Of a stretch of DNA of 47,548 bases, positions 1-10,753 are shown in pieces. Both the position numbers and the translations under genes were made by a program. Where the stretch lies: positions 496,001-543,548 of the forward strand of contig PPNB01000005.1 in the NCBI GenBank assembly GCA_003707115.1, written 5' to 3'. Below the pieces are notes generated by a model, which did no database searches, was not told the DNA's origin, and saw only the letters and a list, made by a program, of their open reading frames with translations. The DNA comes from Tortispora ganteri. Taxonomy: Eukaryota. Numbering within the stretch: position 1 is the first letter of the stretch; every line of letters begins with the position of its first letter.

Positions 1-2255
1 AAAGCAACAAATTCTTCCTTAGAATTTTCTAAGGTATCTGTCTTCATCTCATCTTGTTCGTCATCCTGTTCTTGAAAATCTTCATCCTCAGTATCGCTAG
101 AATTGCACGCCATTGACGAGTGGTCTGAGTATTCTCCTTTATTTAATAATCCATCCGACAGTTCCATCTTATCATCTGCATTTCCGACTATACTCTCTAG
201 CGACTGGTATGCTTCATGGTTATCTGTAGAGTCTTCTGATCTAGGCGTAGAGTTATGCGACATTGTCTCTGAAAACTCTTGAGTTTCGTTATCACCTCCG
301 ATTCGTTCAAGGTTGTACAACCGCATGTGGTAGCCGGTAGGAATAGGCTGTCGATATTGTGCAGGAATAACTCTCATGTCAAATAAAGGTTCTGATATAT
401 CGATCTCATCCGTATTTATATTGAATAAACTTGCTTGTCTTTTGAGAACTTTCTTGTATATCAAATCTCTGTTTTGTCTCTCTTCCTTTGAAAACACAAT
501 GACTGAAGGAATTCCAAACAGTTTTCCCCACTTAGCTTTGTCCTTAACCGCTGGGTCTGTCCAGTTTGGATTCTTCGGGACATCGTTTAGAGTACGATTT
601 AGAATAAGACAAGTCGCAGAATCCGCGTCATCGTTAGCCAAGTCTTCGTCGTATTCGTAAACAAATGCTAAAGCAGTAGTCGGTATTCTATTGATAGATT
701 CGTAAGAATCATGAATCCTCGTGATAGAATTAGCAGCGACCTGCACAGATATAAGCCTTTGTTGTGGTATGTTAACTAGAGAACTTATTCGTGAAAGGTA
801 CATATCAATAGAATAATTCTCCGGCAATTCCATATCAATATATATTGGGGGTGCGTCAATTGGTATGACATACACAGTACGTGACCATGTCTTGTCAACC
901 GGTAAAGCAAGAGACAATGATAGGAATGGGTCAAAAGTAATAGAGATTTTCTGACATTCAGGGCAAACCAGCGTAGATTTGTAAAGACCAGCAAATAGGT
1001 CTTGTATAACTGAGTCATTCCGCATACGGTGAATGTCCCATATTTCTTGAGCTAATTCGGCGACCAGAGTTTTATTGGCCACCATTTCGTCTGTTGATTC
1101 CGGTTTTTCAACATACGGTTTTTTCTTAACACGGTTTAGGTCTTCGTGCAATGCATCCAGAACAAATGCCAGTAGTTCTTGTGAGTCCTGTTGTCCGTAT
1201 CCTGCAAAACTGTGGTTGTAGTGACCCACGGTAGACTTAAAAATTCGCGGGCTGAATGTGTTGGGCACTGGTTTTGATCGCTCGATAGTATAGAGTCGAT
1301 GGATGAGCGCTTCAAACTTTTCGGCAACCTTTCCGTCCATGCCTATAGGGTTATTGTAGTTTATTTCCTCCTGGCAAATATCTGACATGAAGTATATGAC
1401 CAGTTCCTCTATGTGCACGAGGCACTGGAGCGCCGAATTCATGTAGCAGGTGTTTCCGAGATTAGAGAAGCCTGTTGTTCCCGGTATTCGTGAATTAGCA
1501 AACCGTGCTGTAATATAGGAGTAAAGCTGTGGACTCTTTGTAAGTATGAGCTGCCTTATACGGTTAGTTCTCTCCGACAAAGGCCACGAGCCATTCTGCA
1601 GACGGAACTCTGCCACAATAACAAGGTCTGGAGTGATACCATTATCCTGGAGAGATCCTGCATCATCATGGTGGCCTATAGGTGTAAGAACTGCATTCTC
1701 AGGAACAAAAGATATGTCTTCCTGCAGCCAGATCCTAAGTTCTAAAGGATCAGTGAGACGGTCGATGTGTGGGCAATTTTCGCTAAGGAGGCGCTTGAGG
1801 ATTGATAAACCGTCTGTCTGGAAAAGAGACAATGTGACTATATCGGTAGGAACAGTTGCAGCGTCGTCTACCGATGTCAGGTATATACATTTGTAAGAAA
1901 GTCTCTGAAGATCAAGCCGGGGAATCTGTGGCCAGGACTGGTCAGCGTCCGTGTTGGAGGACCAGTTATCAGATTGGTCAGGCAAGACTCTTCTGGTTAC
2001 AGGATCACCAGATACACCGTAATGATCTACTATCTTTTTCCAGACATTCTCTGGGATTGGCACAACTGGAGCAATTATGTCACCCTTTTCATTAGTGAAT
2101 TCTGAGGTGATGACAGGACCAGGCGATTCAGAGAGCGCAGAATTCCACCATGAAGAGCCAACCAGGTACCATGTATCTCCAGGGAGATATATTGCATCTC
2201 TAGCCTTAGATTCTAGCTCTAATATATAAGACTCAGAATCTTCAGTGAATGGCAT
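1..2255 (-). CDS. UBP12: Ubiquitin C-terminal hydrolase, USP4/11/15 (Ubp12-like) family; runs off the left edge (3' truncated)
   Basis: Absent from the ORF track because no stop lies in the window. Manual translation from ATG 2255 gives MPFTEDSESYILELESKARDAISPGDTWYLVGSSWW (DUSP-like). The USP Cys box GTTGFSNLGNTCYMNSALQCL is in the same frame (~1425-1481), followed by GYGQQDSQELLAFVLDALHEDLNRV. Confidence 0.9.
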   Translation of the reverse strand, partial: MPFTEDSESYILELESKARDAIYLPGDTWYLVGSSWWNSALSESPGPVITSEFTNEKGDIIAPVVPIPENVWKKIVDHYGVSGDPVTRRVLPDQSDNWSSNTDADQSWPQIPRLDLQRLSYKCIYLTSVDDAATVPTDIVTLSLFQTDGLSILKRLLSENCPHIDRLTDPLELRIWLQEDISFVPENAVLTPIGHHDDAGSLQDNGITPDLVIVAEFRLQNGSWPLSERTNRIRQLILTKSPQLYSYITARFANSRIPGTTGFSNLGNTCYMNSALQCLVHIEELVIYFMSDICQEEINYNNPIGMDGKVAEKFEALIHRLYTIERSKPVPNTFSPRIFKSTVGHYNHSFAGYGQQDSQELLAFVLDALHEDLNRVKKKPYVEKPESTDEMVANKTLVAELAQEIWDIHRMRNDSVIQDLFAGLYKSTLVCPECQKISITFDPFLSLSLALPVDKTWSRTVYVIPIDAPPIYIDMELPENYSIDMYLSRISSLVNIPQQRLISVQVAANSITRIHDSYESINRIPTTALAFVYEYDEDLANDDADSATCLILNRTLNDVPKNPNWTDPAVKDKAKWGKLFGIPSVIVFSKEERQNRDLIYKKVLKRQASLFNINTDEIDISEPLFDMRVIPAQYRQPIPTGYHMRLYNLERIGGDNETQEFSETMSHNSTPRSEDSTDNHEAYQSLESIVGNADDKMELSDGLLNKGEYSDHSSMACNSSDTEDEDFQEQDDEQDEMKTDTLENSKEEFVA

Positions 2256-3206
2256 GGGCTAGGAAGTATTGTTATTATGGTGCTGGTCGAAAGCGAAAGA
2301 AGAAGTATGTAATACTTACCGATCATCGGTTGTGAATGGATATCCCAATGAGGGTAATGCGGCTCAGAGATCACCAATAAGTACTATAATGACTATGTAC
2401 AGAACAGTTCTAGTATCTAGATTAGCTGACACAGCGATAATTAGAGAATCTTTGATTAGATATAAATTGTTTGTTGTATGACACATCTATGTGTGATATT
2501 GTAAAGACATTTGTTCGTCTCTCTATATTCCTCGATAATCCGATCTCAGGCCTACCGATCCATACCTTTGACCATGGGCACCCCAATACTTATCATAAAC
2601 CATATATATAAGCTATTGTTTAGTCAAAAAGCTAAATCTATGCATTAATCTTCATAACAATCTCGTCAAATACCTTCAGGGGTACCGTACATTGAGTTTT
2701 GTCAACTTGAATAGAGTTTGACTTATTCGTAATAGGTTTGACCTGTCCTTATTTATATATTGGCGTATAAATTACTATACGCGGTTATTTCTAGTTTCCA
2801 TAACATCTTGAATAGTTATGAACGTCTTACATTGAATGAACAATAACAATCGCAGTTAAGTTCGTGAAACATAACAATAGAGAGATCCTAATTTTAAACC
2901 TTTCTATTGGAAATTGGGCGAATAGCTGGTAGAATACTCTCTACCTACAATGTAATACTGTGGTTTTTACTATATCAACTGTAATCTTTCGAGTAGTTCA
3001 ATTAGCAGTTACGTAACAGTTGACTCTATGACCAATATCTACACATATATATAGTTTGCATTCGAGTCATTTTTGTTGCAATTTGTACTTATGATGCCGT
3101 TTATCAGGGCTCAAAGGAGAAATAAGGTTCTAACACCGATCGACCAACAACTCTTCCTTCGATAACATCGCCCTTGCGTCAAAATACTAGCAGCACATAG
3201 ATCATT

Positions 3207-3809
3207 ATGCCACTAGCTACACTTGCCGGATCAAACAAGAAAGTTGTCGCTACTCCGTTGACTCCTGAGTCTTTCAAACCGTTTGGCGGCGTCATTTCCC
3301 CTGCTGACCAGCTGAAGAAGCTGCGAGCGTCCAGCGCAAACTACGGCACAGCAACTAAACTGGAAGATGTATCGCCCATTGAAAACAAATACAGCTTGTC
3401 AAAAAGTCCACAGCCCGCTAGGGCCCGATGGAATTTGTTCTCGTCAAAACCCCCGCATTCGCTAGGATCTGACTCATACCAGGCTAAAGTTCTTGAACGA
3501 CACCCGTATTCTACACAAACATTCTTGCCGCTAGGCCAAAACAATTCAGAAACATATATTGTGATTGTAGCACTAACGAGACAGGACGGTTTACCGGACC
3601 CGGACTCAGTGCGCGCATTCATAGCTAGAGGAGACCAAGCTGTGACCTACGGGGTGGCTACATGGCACTCACCGATGGTAGTGCTCAAACCTACAAATTT
3701 TGCCGTGCTTATACATGAGAATGGTGTACCAAATGACGACTGTCAAGAAACGTATTTCAATCCTCCGATCGATATTTCGTTTACTGTCGCCGGCACGGCT
3801 AAACTCTAA
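3207..3809 (+). CDS. DAL3: Ureidoglycolate lyase/hydrolase (allantoin catabolism)
   Basis: Motifs PLTPESFKPFGGVI, ANYGTA, VLERHPYSTQTFLPL and GDQAVTYGVATWHSPM; C-terminal AKL (PTS1-like). Confidence 0.92.
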   Translation: MPLATLAGSNKKVVATPLTPESFKPFGGVISPADQLKKLRASSANYGTATKLEDVSPIENKYSLSKSPQPARARWNLFSSKPPHSLGSDSYQAKVLERHPYSTQTFLPLGQNNSETYIVIVALTRQDGLPDPDSVRAFIARGDQAVTYGVATWHSPMVVLKPTNFAVLIHENGVPNDDCQETYFNPPIDISFTVAGTAKL

Positions 3810-3877
3810 ACTCAGTCAGTCAGTTGCTCGACCCCTAAGTCCTCTTCACATTTAGATTGCACCATCGCTCAGTAGAT

Positions 3878-5329
3878 ATGGAGACTGATCCGCTCGTAGC
3901 AAGGGATAATGCCGCTTCTAAGCATCACCAGCCTCGGAATTTAGGCGTATTGTCTGCATCGTCTTTGATATTTAATAAAATGATCGGCACTGGCGTTTTC
4001 TCAACACCATCACTAATTTACGCCTCCACGGGCAGCCTGGGCATCTCCCTGATCCTCTGGATCCTCGGCGGCATATTCTCTTTGACCGGAATTAGCGTCT
4101 ACCTGGAGTTTGGGCTCGCGATTCCGAAATCTGGCGGTGAGTACCACTACCTTCAACGCGTCTACAGAAAACCTCAGTTCCTTATCAGCTGCATCTTCCT
4201 CACCCAGATGATCCTGGTAGGCTTCTCGTCTGGGAATTGTCTCGCATTTGGACAGTACCTTTTATTTGCTCTGGGTTCACAGGAACCGTCAGACTGGACT
4301 TCTAGGCTAATAGCGCTTATTGTGCTGACTTTGGTGTGTCTGCTGCATGCACTCAAGCCTGCATGGGGTACGCGACTCGGAGACATCCTCGGAATGGTAA
4401 AGATCGCCGTCCTGGTCTTAATAATTGCCGGTGGAATCGCCGCTATTCACATGGATGACCTCCCTGGTCTTCAAAACTTTGAAAATTTCTTTTCTAATGA
4501 CGGTTTTGGCGGATCGCTCTACGACTATTCTGTCGCTCTTCTCAACATCATATATTCGTACAAGGGCTGGGAAAACGCCAACTACGTCCTCAGCGAAGTA
4601 CACGACCCGTCACGCACACTCAGAATTGCTGGTCCGCTTGCAGTTGGTGGTACTACTATACTTTACGTCGCAGTAAACCTCGCTTACTTCGCTGCTATCC
4701 CTAAAACAGACATCGCATCATCAGGCGTTATTGTCGCAGGACTGTTCTTCCGCAATGTCTTTGGTTTGACTTTTGGACAGCGCGTACTACCTATGCTCAT
4801 TTTGCTGTCTAATCTGGGAAACATCCTTGCAGTTAGCTTTGCACAGGCAAGAGTTAACCAAGAGCTCGGACGCGAGGGTCTACTTCCTTATTCAAGCTTT
4901 TGGGCATCCACAACCAACGGCTCTCCTGCGGCCGGTCTGCTTCTCCACTGGATCGTTTCAGCGATAGTGCTGATTGCGCCACCACCAGGCCCAGCCTACC
5001 AGTTCATTATCGACCTTTATGCCTATCCGGGCGCCTGGATTAACGTTCTCGTGGGCGCCGGACTCATATACTTACACCTCCATTCGGTAGTGGAGCAGTG
5101 GGGCGCCCAATATACGGACTCAGTCCACTTCCATTCGCACGATATTATTAATTTCCTTTTCCTTGCTTCAAATCTCTTCGTCGTGATCGTGCCATTTATA
5201 CCTCCACCATCTTCCACGGTTCTCGCTCCAGGGTATCCATACTACCTTGTTCCTTTAGTCGGCTCGCTCACCCTTTTGGTAGGCGTTCCATATTGGTACT
5301 GGCTAAAAAGACGAGTCGTAAATCATTAA
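3878..5329 (+). CDS. APC-superfamily L-type amino acid permease (high-affinity methionine permease Mup1-like)
   Basis: About 12 hydrophobic segments; motifs FNKMIGTGVFSTPS, YLEFGLAIPKSGGEYHYL, YSYKGWENANYVLSEV and ARVNQELGREGLLP. First ATG at 3878 (the track start at 3857 is TTG). Confidence 0.88.
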   Translation: METDPLVARDNAASKHHQPRNLGVLSASSLIFNKMIGTGVFSTPSLIYASTGSLGISLILWILGGIFSLTGISVYLEFGLAIPKSGGEYHYLQRVYRKPQFLISCIFLTQMILVGFSSGNCLAFGQYLLFALGSQEPSDWTSRLIALIVLTLVCLLHALKPAWGTRLGDILGMVKIAVLVLIIAGGIAAIHMDDLPGLQNFENFFSNDGFGGSLYDYSVALLNIIYSYKGWENANYVLSEVHDPSRTLRIAGPLAVGGTTILYVAVNLAYFAAIPKTDIASSGVIVAGLFFRNVFGLTFGQRVLPMLILLSNLGNILAVSFAQARVNQELGREGLLPYSSFWASTTNGSPAAGLLLHWIVSAIVLIAPPPGPAYQFIIDLYAYPGAWINVLVGAGLIYLHLHSVVEQWGAQYTDSVHFHSHDIINFLFLASNLFVVIVPFIPPPSSTVLAPGYPYYLVPLVGSLTLLVGVPYWYWLKRRVVNH

Positions 5330-5486
5330 CTGCATCCTCACGCCGAAACTTTCCGGCAATTGGACACAATTTTGCAAACTCATGGCGCGATCAATAAAGT
5401 TCCCGTAACATCGATGCGAAAGTCCGATCTACAACTTACGTGTAAACCACCGTACTCATCTGCATATCTGTTTAAACGCACGTTTC

Positions 5487-5520
5487 AGTGCATATACATA
5501 TCGATTTATGTATATGCACT
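5487..5520. repeat. Perfect 14-bp inverted repeat with 6-nt spacer
   Basis: AGTGCATATACATA-tcgatt-TATGTATATGCACT read directly; lies ~160 nt after the permease stop. Confidence 0.9.
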
Positions 5521-5868
5521 ATTTTCATAGGCAAATTTTAGCTAGTAGTAAGTTTTCCGTGCTGGTTCTGCGGCCGATCCAGACCTTAAAGGCTGGTTTA
5601 CCCGGCCGGATTTCCTTGTTTACCTTCATTCCCATCTAGGTAGCAGTCAAACGTTCAACATTCGAAACATCTCACCATTTTCATAATTACACCATTTAAA
5701 CGTTTTTATTGGCGTATAGAAAATTGATACTTAAGCGTAAACAGTTTTTTTATTAACGCTGTTATTAATTGAGAGTGCTGAGCCAATAGGATACACGTAG
5801 GAAATCAAATCAGGGATATTGCCGATACAGGGTCTTCAAGGGTTCTCAATAAAGTATAAGACGAAAAG

Positions 5869-8800
5869 ATGACCGAAAACAAGCCCACCACAGACTTGCT
5901 ATCACAGATTCGCCACCAGTCTAGATCTGCAAAAATATTGACTGAGGCATTAGACATGGCAGGCCAGGAAATTGAAAGCAGACTCAATACTGATCCGTCT
6001 TCGAGACCTAAGGAACTACAAACAAAGCTCAAATTACTGCAAACAGATGTCCAAAGCTATATCTCAACTAGTAAGGTGCTTCTGAATAAGACGTCTAAAA
6101 ATGAAGAGAATCTTGCTATCAGTTTACCTCAATCTACTTCGTATCCGGGCTCTTCTACCTTTGCATCCGATGCAGCATTCCTTGCGGAATTGACGCAGCA
6201 GCTGCTTAAGGAAAACAAAGAACTACAAGAACTTACAAGCCAAAAGGGTTTAGAAATCGAAACACTCAAAGAAAAGGAAAGAACATTGCGCGACAGATTG
6301 GCAGAATCTGATATAATGGTAAAGCAAGTATCAACTCGCGAGTCCGATCTGGCAGATCAACAATGGGCAATGGAACTCAAAGTTCAAGAACTGCAGCAAG
6401 AAAAGCATACCCTTAGTCAGGAACTAGCTCGTCTGCGCAAAGAGAACCAATCAATTCAAACCAGTATTGACGCTCAAATCGATACATTTGAAGAGTACAG
6501 AACAAAAGAAGAAATCGCTAAAGAGCAGCAGGAGAAACGGATTTCCAATCTCACTGCAGAACTACTCCACATGTCAGAGTCTCGTGACAGAATCCTCAAT
6601 GACAATGAGTCACTTTCCAATGCCATATCTCAGTTAGAACATGATCTTGAAGCTTCTAAACTAGAAATCGCACAACTTAAAAACAGATCATTAGAACCTA
6701 TACCAGAAAATGATCAGGATTCTGATGACAGCGACAGGCAGATCACACCTATACATTCTCCTCAACTGTCTCCAATTAAAGGAACCCCGGCTAAGAATCA
6801 TACTCTCGAAAGTGAAACTCTAAAAACATCATTATCGCATGCGCATAAGCTCATATCACATCTAAAAGCTGCTTTGCATAAGGAAAAGCTGGAAAAATTA
6901 GCACTCAAAGCAAGCTTAGAAAGTGGAAATGATAACTCTGGAAAAAACCTGAGAAAAAATACACTTTCTCAGGTGAGTCAAAAAGGCAGTCAGCATTATG
7001 CACAACGGCCTCAAGGTTCTGCCGTAGTGAATGAGCTCATAATCCCAGATCCAGAATGGGAAAACTATGATGAATTTGAACTTGCTCTTGATCCTCCTAA
7101 ATTTGCCCTCCCCAGCTCCAGAGGTTCTATTTCTGGAACTGGATCGAGCAACAATGATGCTAAAAAGTCACGATTACTGGGTGATGCTGTCAGAATTGAA
7201 AGTCCAAACTCATCGCAAGATGACGAATACCTGATTAGAAACAATCAATTATTTGCATCAGCCGTGAAGAAGAGAAAATCTATATCGTCATTATTGTCCC
7301 AATCTCCTGGCTCGTCTTTTGATTACAATCACGGTAATTCTATTGCTCAAGGATCGCCTTTATATGGAGATTCTACTAAATTGAGCAACAATACGCTTTT
7401 GAGTCCCGAAAACTTGAAAGAGATTGCTGCAGAGCACGGTTTGGTGGTAATATCAGAAGATGAATACAAATCTGTTGCTAATAACCAGATAACTCAGCAG
7501 GATATCGAGTCTTTCGCAACGAGTCATGAGCTTGTTCTAGTACCGAAGAACGAATATGCTGAGATGATCGAAAATATCCGAGACAAACCTATGACTATGG
7601 AAGAGTTAGGATACATAGCTTGGAAAGAAGGTTGCACTATCGTAACTACAGAAGAGTTCGATAAACTGTCGAAGGAATCTAACCAGCTTCGCTCAGTAGA
7701 CGGTATAGTATCGGCAGCAGCAGAATTAGATCATGTGGTTCTCTCGAAGGATATATATACCGATTTGATACATCGCCCTTCTATTTACAACCCGACTGAG
7801 GAGGAATATTGCAATTACGCCAAGAATTTTGACAGAATAGCTATAAAGATAGCAGATTACGAAGAGCTCCAAAGTCGTCCTCATGAGGCCAATCTCGATG
7901 CCGAAAAAGTTAAGCAATTTGCCGAAAAAGAAAACATGGAATTAATCTCGAAAGATGAATTAAGTGGTATGATAGCGATAGAACAGTTAAATGAAACAGT
8001 TGAAAAGTTGCCAGTGGAAAAACTTTCAGCTTTGGCATTCAAACATTCATATTCGCTAATACCATCTGATGAGCTCCAGAAATTAAGAGATCGTCCAGCC
8101 ATTGATAACCCTATGAAGGAGGAATACATCGAGTATGCAAAGAATTTCAAACTAAAACCTATCGGAATTGCTGAATACAAAAGTTTGAAGACATCCCAGT
8201 CTAGGTTAGACAGTCTTGAAGCGCTAAGAGAAGCAGCTTCAAAGTTCGATTCCGTTTTACTTCCTAGAGTCACTCACGAGCAGCTTATTGAAAGAAGCGA
8301 ACAAGTAACTAAGACAGCCGAAGATCTGGACAAAATTGCTGCGTCACACGGTAAGAGGTTAGTTACAGCTGAGGAGTATGCCATAGTGCAAAATCCTCTA
8401 GCTGCAGCGACATTGGAAGACTGTATGAGGAAATTGAAAGAGCATGGTCATACGGCTCTTTCTATGTCGCAATATGAAGAGCTTGCATATAGACCTGCCA
8501 TAATGGATCCTAGCGTTGAAGAGCTATCCTCGTACTGTGCGGCAAAAGGCTATGAATTGATCATAGAACCTAAATCAAAAGCCTTAGAAACTACAAAAGA
8601 TACATATTCAATCGGAGGAGATTTTGAAAAGAAAGAGCTTTCTGATGCGATAGAAGTTCTGGACAAATCACAGCTCATTGAATTGGTCGAGAGGAAAGGA
8701 TTCAGACTTTTAGACCAGAACCAGTATGAATCACTTCTTCTGCGGTCTGAGAATAGTAAACCAGAAGAACGAATTGAGGCAAGTTCCAAAAGGTTAACTT

Positions 8801-10287
8801 CTTTGATAGAGGAAGCAGCCGCCCAGCAGCAGATAGTATTGTCTGAAAAGGAATATTTGAGACTCAAAGAAGCTGAGCGGAAAGCAGGGGTTAATTTTGT
8901 CCTAACAGCAAGACATACTGAAGGATCTCTGACATCGAAAGATGACTGTGATATGGTCAATGATTTAGGCTCAGTCTCTCCTTTAGTTTTGAGTCGAGCT
9001 GCGCAGAAACTGGGCTATGGTTTGATTCCGCTGCATGTTACTGCAATTGATAGCCCGCAATCACAGTATTCGGAGCTAACACAGTCAGATGCATCTGGTG
9101 TTCAAACGAAAGATCAAATATCTTCTTTACGAGTAGCAGCTGCAAATATGGGATACACGGTTATGAGCAATAAAGAGTTTTTGGATATGCAAGCAAACAG
9201 TGTCAGAAAGCCGATGTCGCGGGAAGAGCTTGAAAGAACGGCTAAAAGTTTTGGACTTGTTACAATGCCTGTAAGCGTATATGAGACTTTAAAGTCTTCG
9301 CAAGACAACAAGGCGACTCCACGATGGAAGCCCATTGTTACTAACTTGAGTGAAGAAGAAATATCCACACCTCCACGTCAAGCAAGTTCTAATCATAGAG
9401 GCTCAGATGAAAAAAGCGAGCTTTCATCTAGTGGTTTGGTTACTAAGTCAGCAGATTCAGCAATAATTCAAGCCACGCCTGTTAGAATACAAGCCTATCG
9501 GTCTACGACGGGCAGGATTCTATCGCCTGTGCAAATATCTGGAGAGGAATTTGAAGCTCAAAAACAGTCAGTTGCGACTTTTGACGAAAACATGATTGAA
9601 TTCATTAACCAAACTATGTCAGGGGAATACCTATTTAAAGAAGAGAAGAGTATTATGAGCCATCTTGGACGGGAATCACGCCATAAAAGGTTCTTTCAAC
9701 TAGATCCTTTCAATCTAGTGATTCGATGGAGTCGCAGCGAACAGGGACTTGCAGATCCTTCTAGAACAAAAAGTTTGCAAATAATTTCCGTGTATCCTAT
9801 GGAAGATAACTGTGTCAACCCGCCAGGGCTATATCATCGTGTATTGGTTTTGCAATCTGCTGAAGGATCGATGAAAGTGTCTTTCCCAAGCTCAAGTCGG
9901 TACGTTACTTGGTATGAGGTCATTAAGTACTTGGTTGGCAGAAATCCAGCAGGAGTTAAGGGAGCAGAAGCGATTATGCGGCTTAGCACGCCAGAAAGAA
10001 CAAAGGTAGAGAGCATAGCTACGCCAAGGTCCGCGAGAAGAAGTTTGTACGAGATGTTCACTCCTGGGAAGAGCAAAAGAGGATCACAAAAAGCAAGAAG
10101 CAGCCGTATTGAAACCATAAAATCTCCATCAAGTCAACAATCTGGAGTGTTGCCGCCTCATAGCTTGTCAGGTGGAAGAAGTATGCGCATCAGCCATTAC
10201 ATGGACTTGGCCGACGCTGGGCAGATGGAAGATGTCCGGAAATGTTGTGGAGGAAAGCACGATGTTTCGACTCTAAGACATAAATGA
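5869..10287 (+). CDS. NUM1: Cortical dynein anchor / nuclear migration protein Num1/ApsA
   Basis: N-terminal coiled coil (ESETLKTSLSHAHKLISHLKAALHKEKLEK), central degenerate repeats, C-terminal PH domain (INQTMSGEYLFK..RHKRFFQLDP..PPGLYHR) and terminal DVRKCCGGKHDV typical of ApsA/Num1. Confidence 0.88.
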   Translation: MTENKPTTDLLSQIRHQSRSAKILTEALDMAGQEIESRLNTDPSSRPKELQTKLKLLQTDVQSYISTSKVLLNKTSKNEENLAISLPQSTSYPGSSTFASDAAFLAELTQQLLKENKELQELTSQKGLEIETLKEKERTLRDRLAESDIMVKQVSTRESDLADQQWAMELKVQELQQEKHTLSQELARLRKENQSIQTSIDAQIDTFEEYRTKEEIAKEQQEKRISNLTAELLHMSESRDRILNDNESLSNAISQLEHDLEASKLEIAQLKNRSLEPIPENDQDSDDSDRQITPIHSPQLSPIKGTPAKNHTLESETLKTSLSHAHKLISHLKAALHKEKLEKLALKASLESGNDNSGKNLRKNTLSQVSQKGSQHYAQRPQGSAVVNELIIPDPEWENYDEFELALDPPKFALPSSRGSISGTGSSNNDAKKSRLLGDAVRIESPNSSQDDEYLIRNNQLFASAVKKRKSISSLLSQSPGSSFDYNHGNSIAQGSPLYGDSTKLSNNTLLSPENLKEIAAEHGLVVISEDEYKSVANNQITQQDIESFATSHELVLVPKNEYAEMIENIRDKPMTMEELGYIAWKEGCTIVTTEEFDKLSKESNQLRSVDGIVSAAAELDHVVLSKDIYTDLIHRPSIYNPTEEEYCNYAKNFDRIAIKIADYEELQSRPHEANLDAEKVKQFAEKENMELISKDELSGMIAIEQLNETVEKLPVEKLSALAFKHSYSLIPSDELQKLRDRPAIDNPMKEEYIEYAKNFKLKPIGIAEYKSLKTSQSRLDSLEALREAASKFDSVLLPRVTHEQLIERSEQVTKTAEDLDKIAASHGKRLVTAEEYAIVQNPLAAATLEDCMRKLKEHGHTALSMSQYEELAYRPAIMDPSVEELSSYCAAKGYELIIEPKSKALETTKDTYSIGGDFEKKELSDAIEVLDKSQLIELVERKGFRLLDQNQYESLLLRSENSKPEERIEASSKRLTSLIEEAAAQQQIVLSEKEYLRLKEAERKAGVNFVLTARHTEGSLTSKDDCDMVNDLGSVSPLVLSRAAQKLGYGLIPLHVTAIDSPQSQYSELTQSDASGVQTKDQISSLRVAAANMGYTVMSNKEFLDMQANSVRKPMSREELERTAKSFGLVTMPVSVYETLKSSQDNKATPRWKPIVTNLSEEEISTPPRQASSNHRGSDEKSELSSSGLVTKSADSAIIQATPVRIQAYRSTTGRILSPVQISGEEFEAQKQSVATFDENMIEFINQTMSGEYLFKEEKSIMSHLGRESRHKRFFQLDPFNLVIRWSRSEQGLADPSRTKSLQIISVYPMEDNCVNPPGLYHRVLVLQSAEGSMKVSFPSSSRYVTWYEVIKYLVGRNPAGVKGAEAIMRLSTPERTKVESIATPRSARRSLYEMFTPGKSKRGSQKARSSRIETIKSPSSQQSGVLPPHSLSGGRSMRISHYMDLADAGQMEDVRKCCGGKHDVSTLRHK

Positions 10288-10320
10288 ACAAATATAAGAC
10301 GTAAGTTTAAGTGATATGCA

Positions 10321-10719
10321 TTAGCTTGATACTCTTTTTGGTATTTTGAACGGCTTGCTTGTGCTTTTAGATGAGCGAATCGGGAAAGTGTGTGTGGCGG
10401 ACTTAGATGTATATAACGACAGCGGAGTGTTTCTGAGGGATTCAGTTAAAGGAATGCGTTCTCTTTGATGTAATTTGTGTTCATGTTTCAAGAGTTTCAA
10501 AACAGAGACGATCATGACCTCTAAAATGATCTCTGAGTCGATCTCCACCTCGCGGTAATTGGGGTCTAGATACCCTTCCTCGATAAGTTCGCCAATTGCA
10601 CCACTGAGGCGGTATTTCTTTGTGGGAAAATATACAGTTAGCTTGCCATCATGCCATACCTTTGATTTACGATTATTTCGGGTCCATAGGACCTCGTATG
10701 TGTAGATATTTATGTCCAT
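10321..10719 (-). CDS. DUF2439 (ZGRF1 N-terminal / Mte1-Dbl2-like) small protein
   Basis: YEVLWTRNNRKSKVWHDGKL matches the DUF2439 Y..L.T....K.K.W.DG.L signature; basic tail KPFKIP. Confidence 0.7.
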   Translation of the reverse strand: MDINIYTYEVLWTRNNRKSKVWHDGKLTVYFPTKKYRLSGAIGELIEEGYLDPNYREVEIDSEIILEVMIVSVLKLLKHEHKLHQRERIPLTESLRNTPLSLYTSKSATHTFPIRSSKSTSKPFKIPKRVSS

Positions 10720-10753
10720 AACAGGGTGCGATCAAAGTCTTGTCAAAGTCTAA

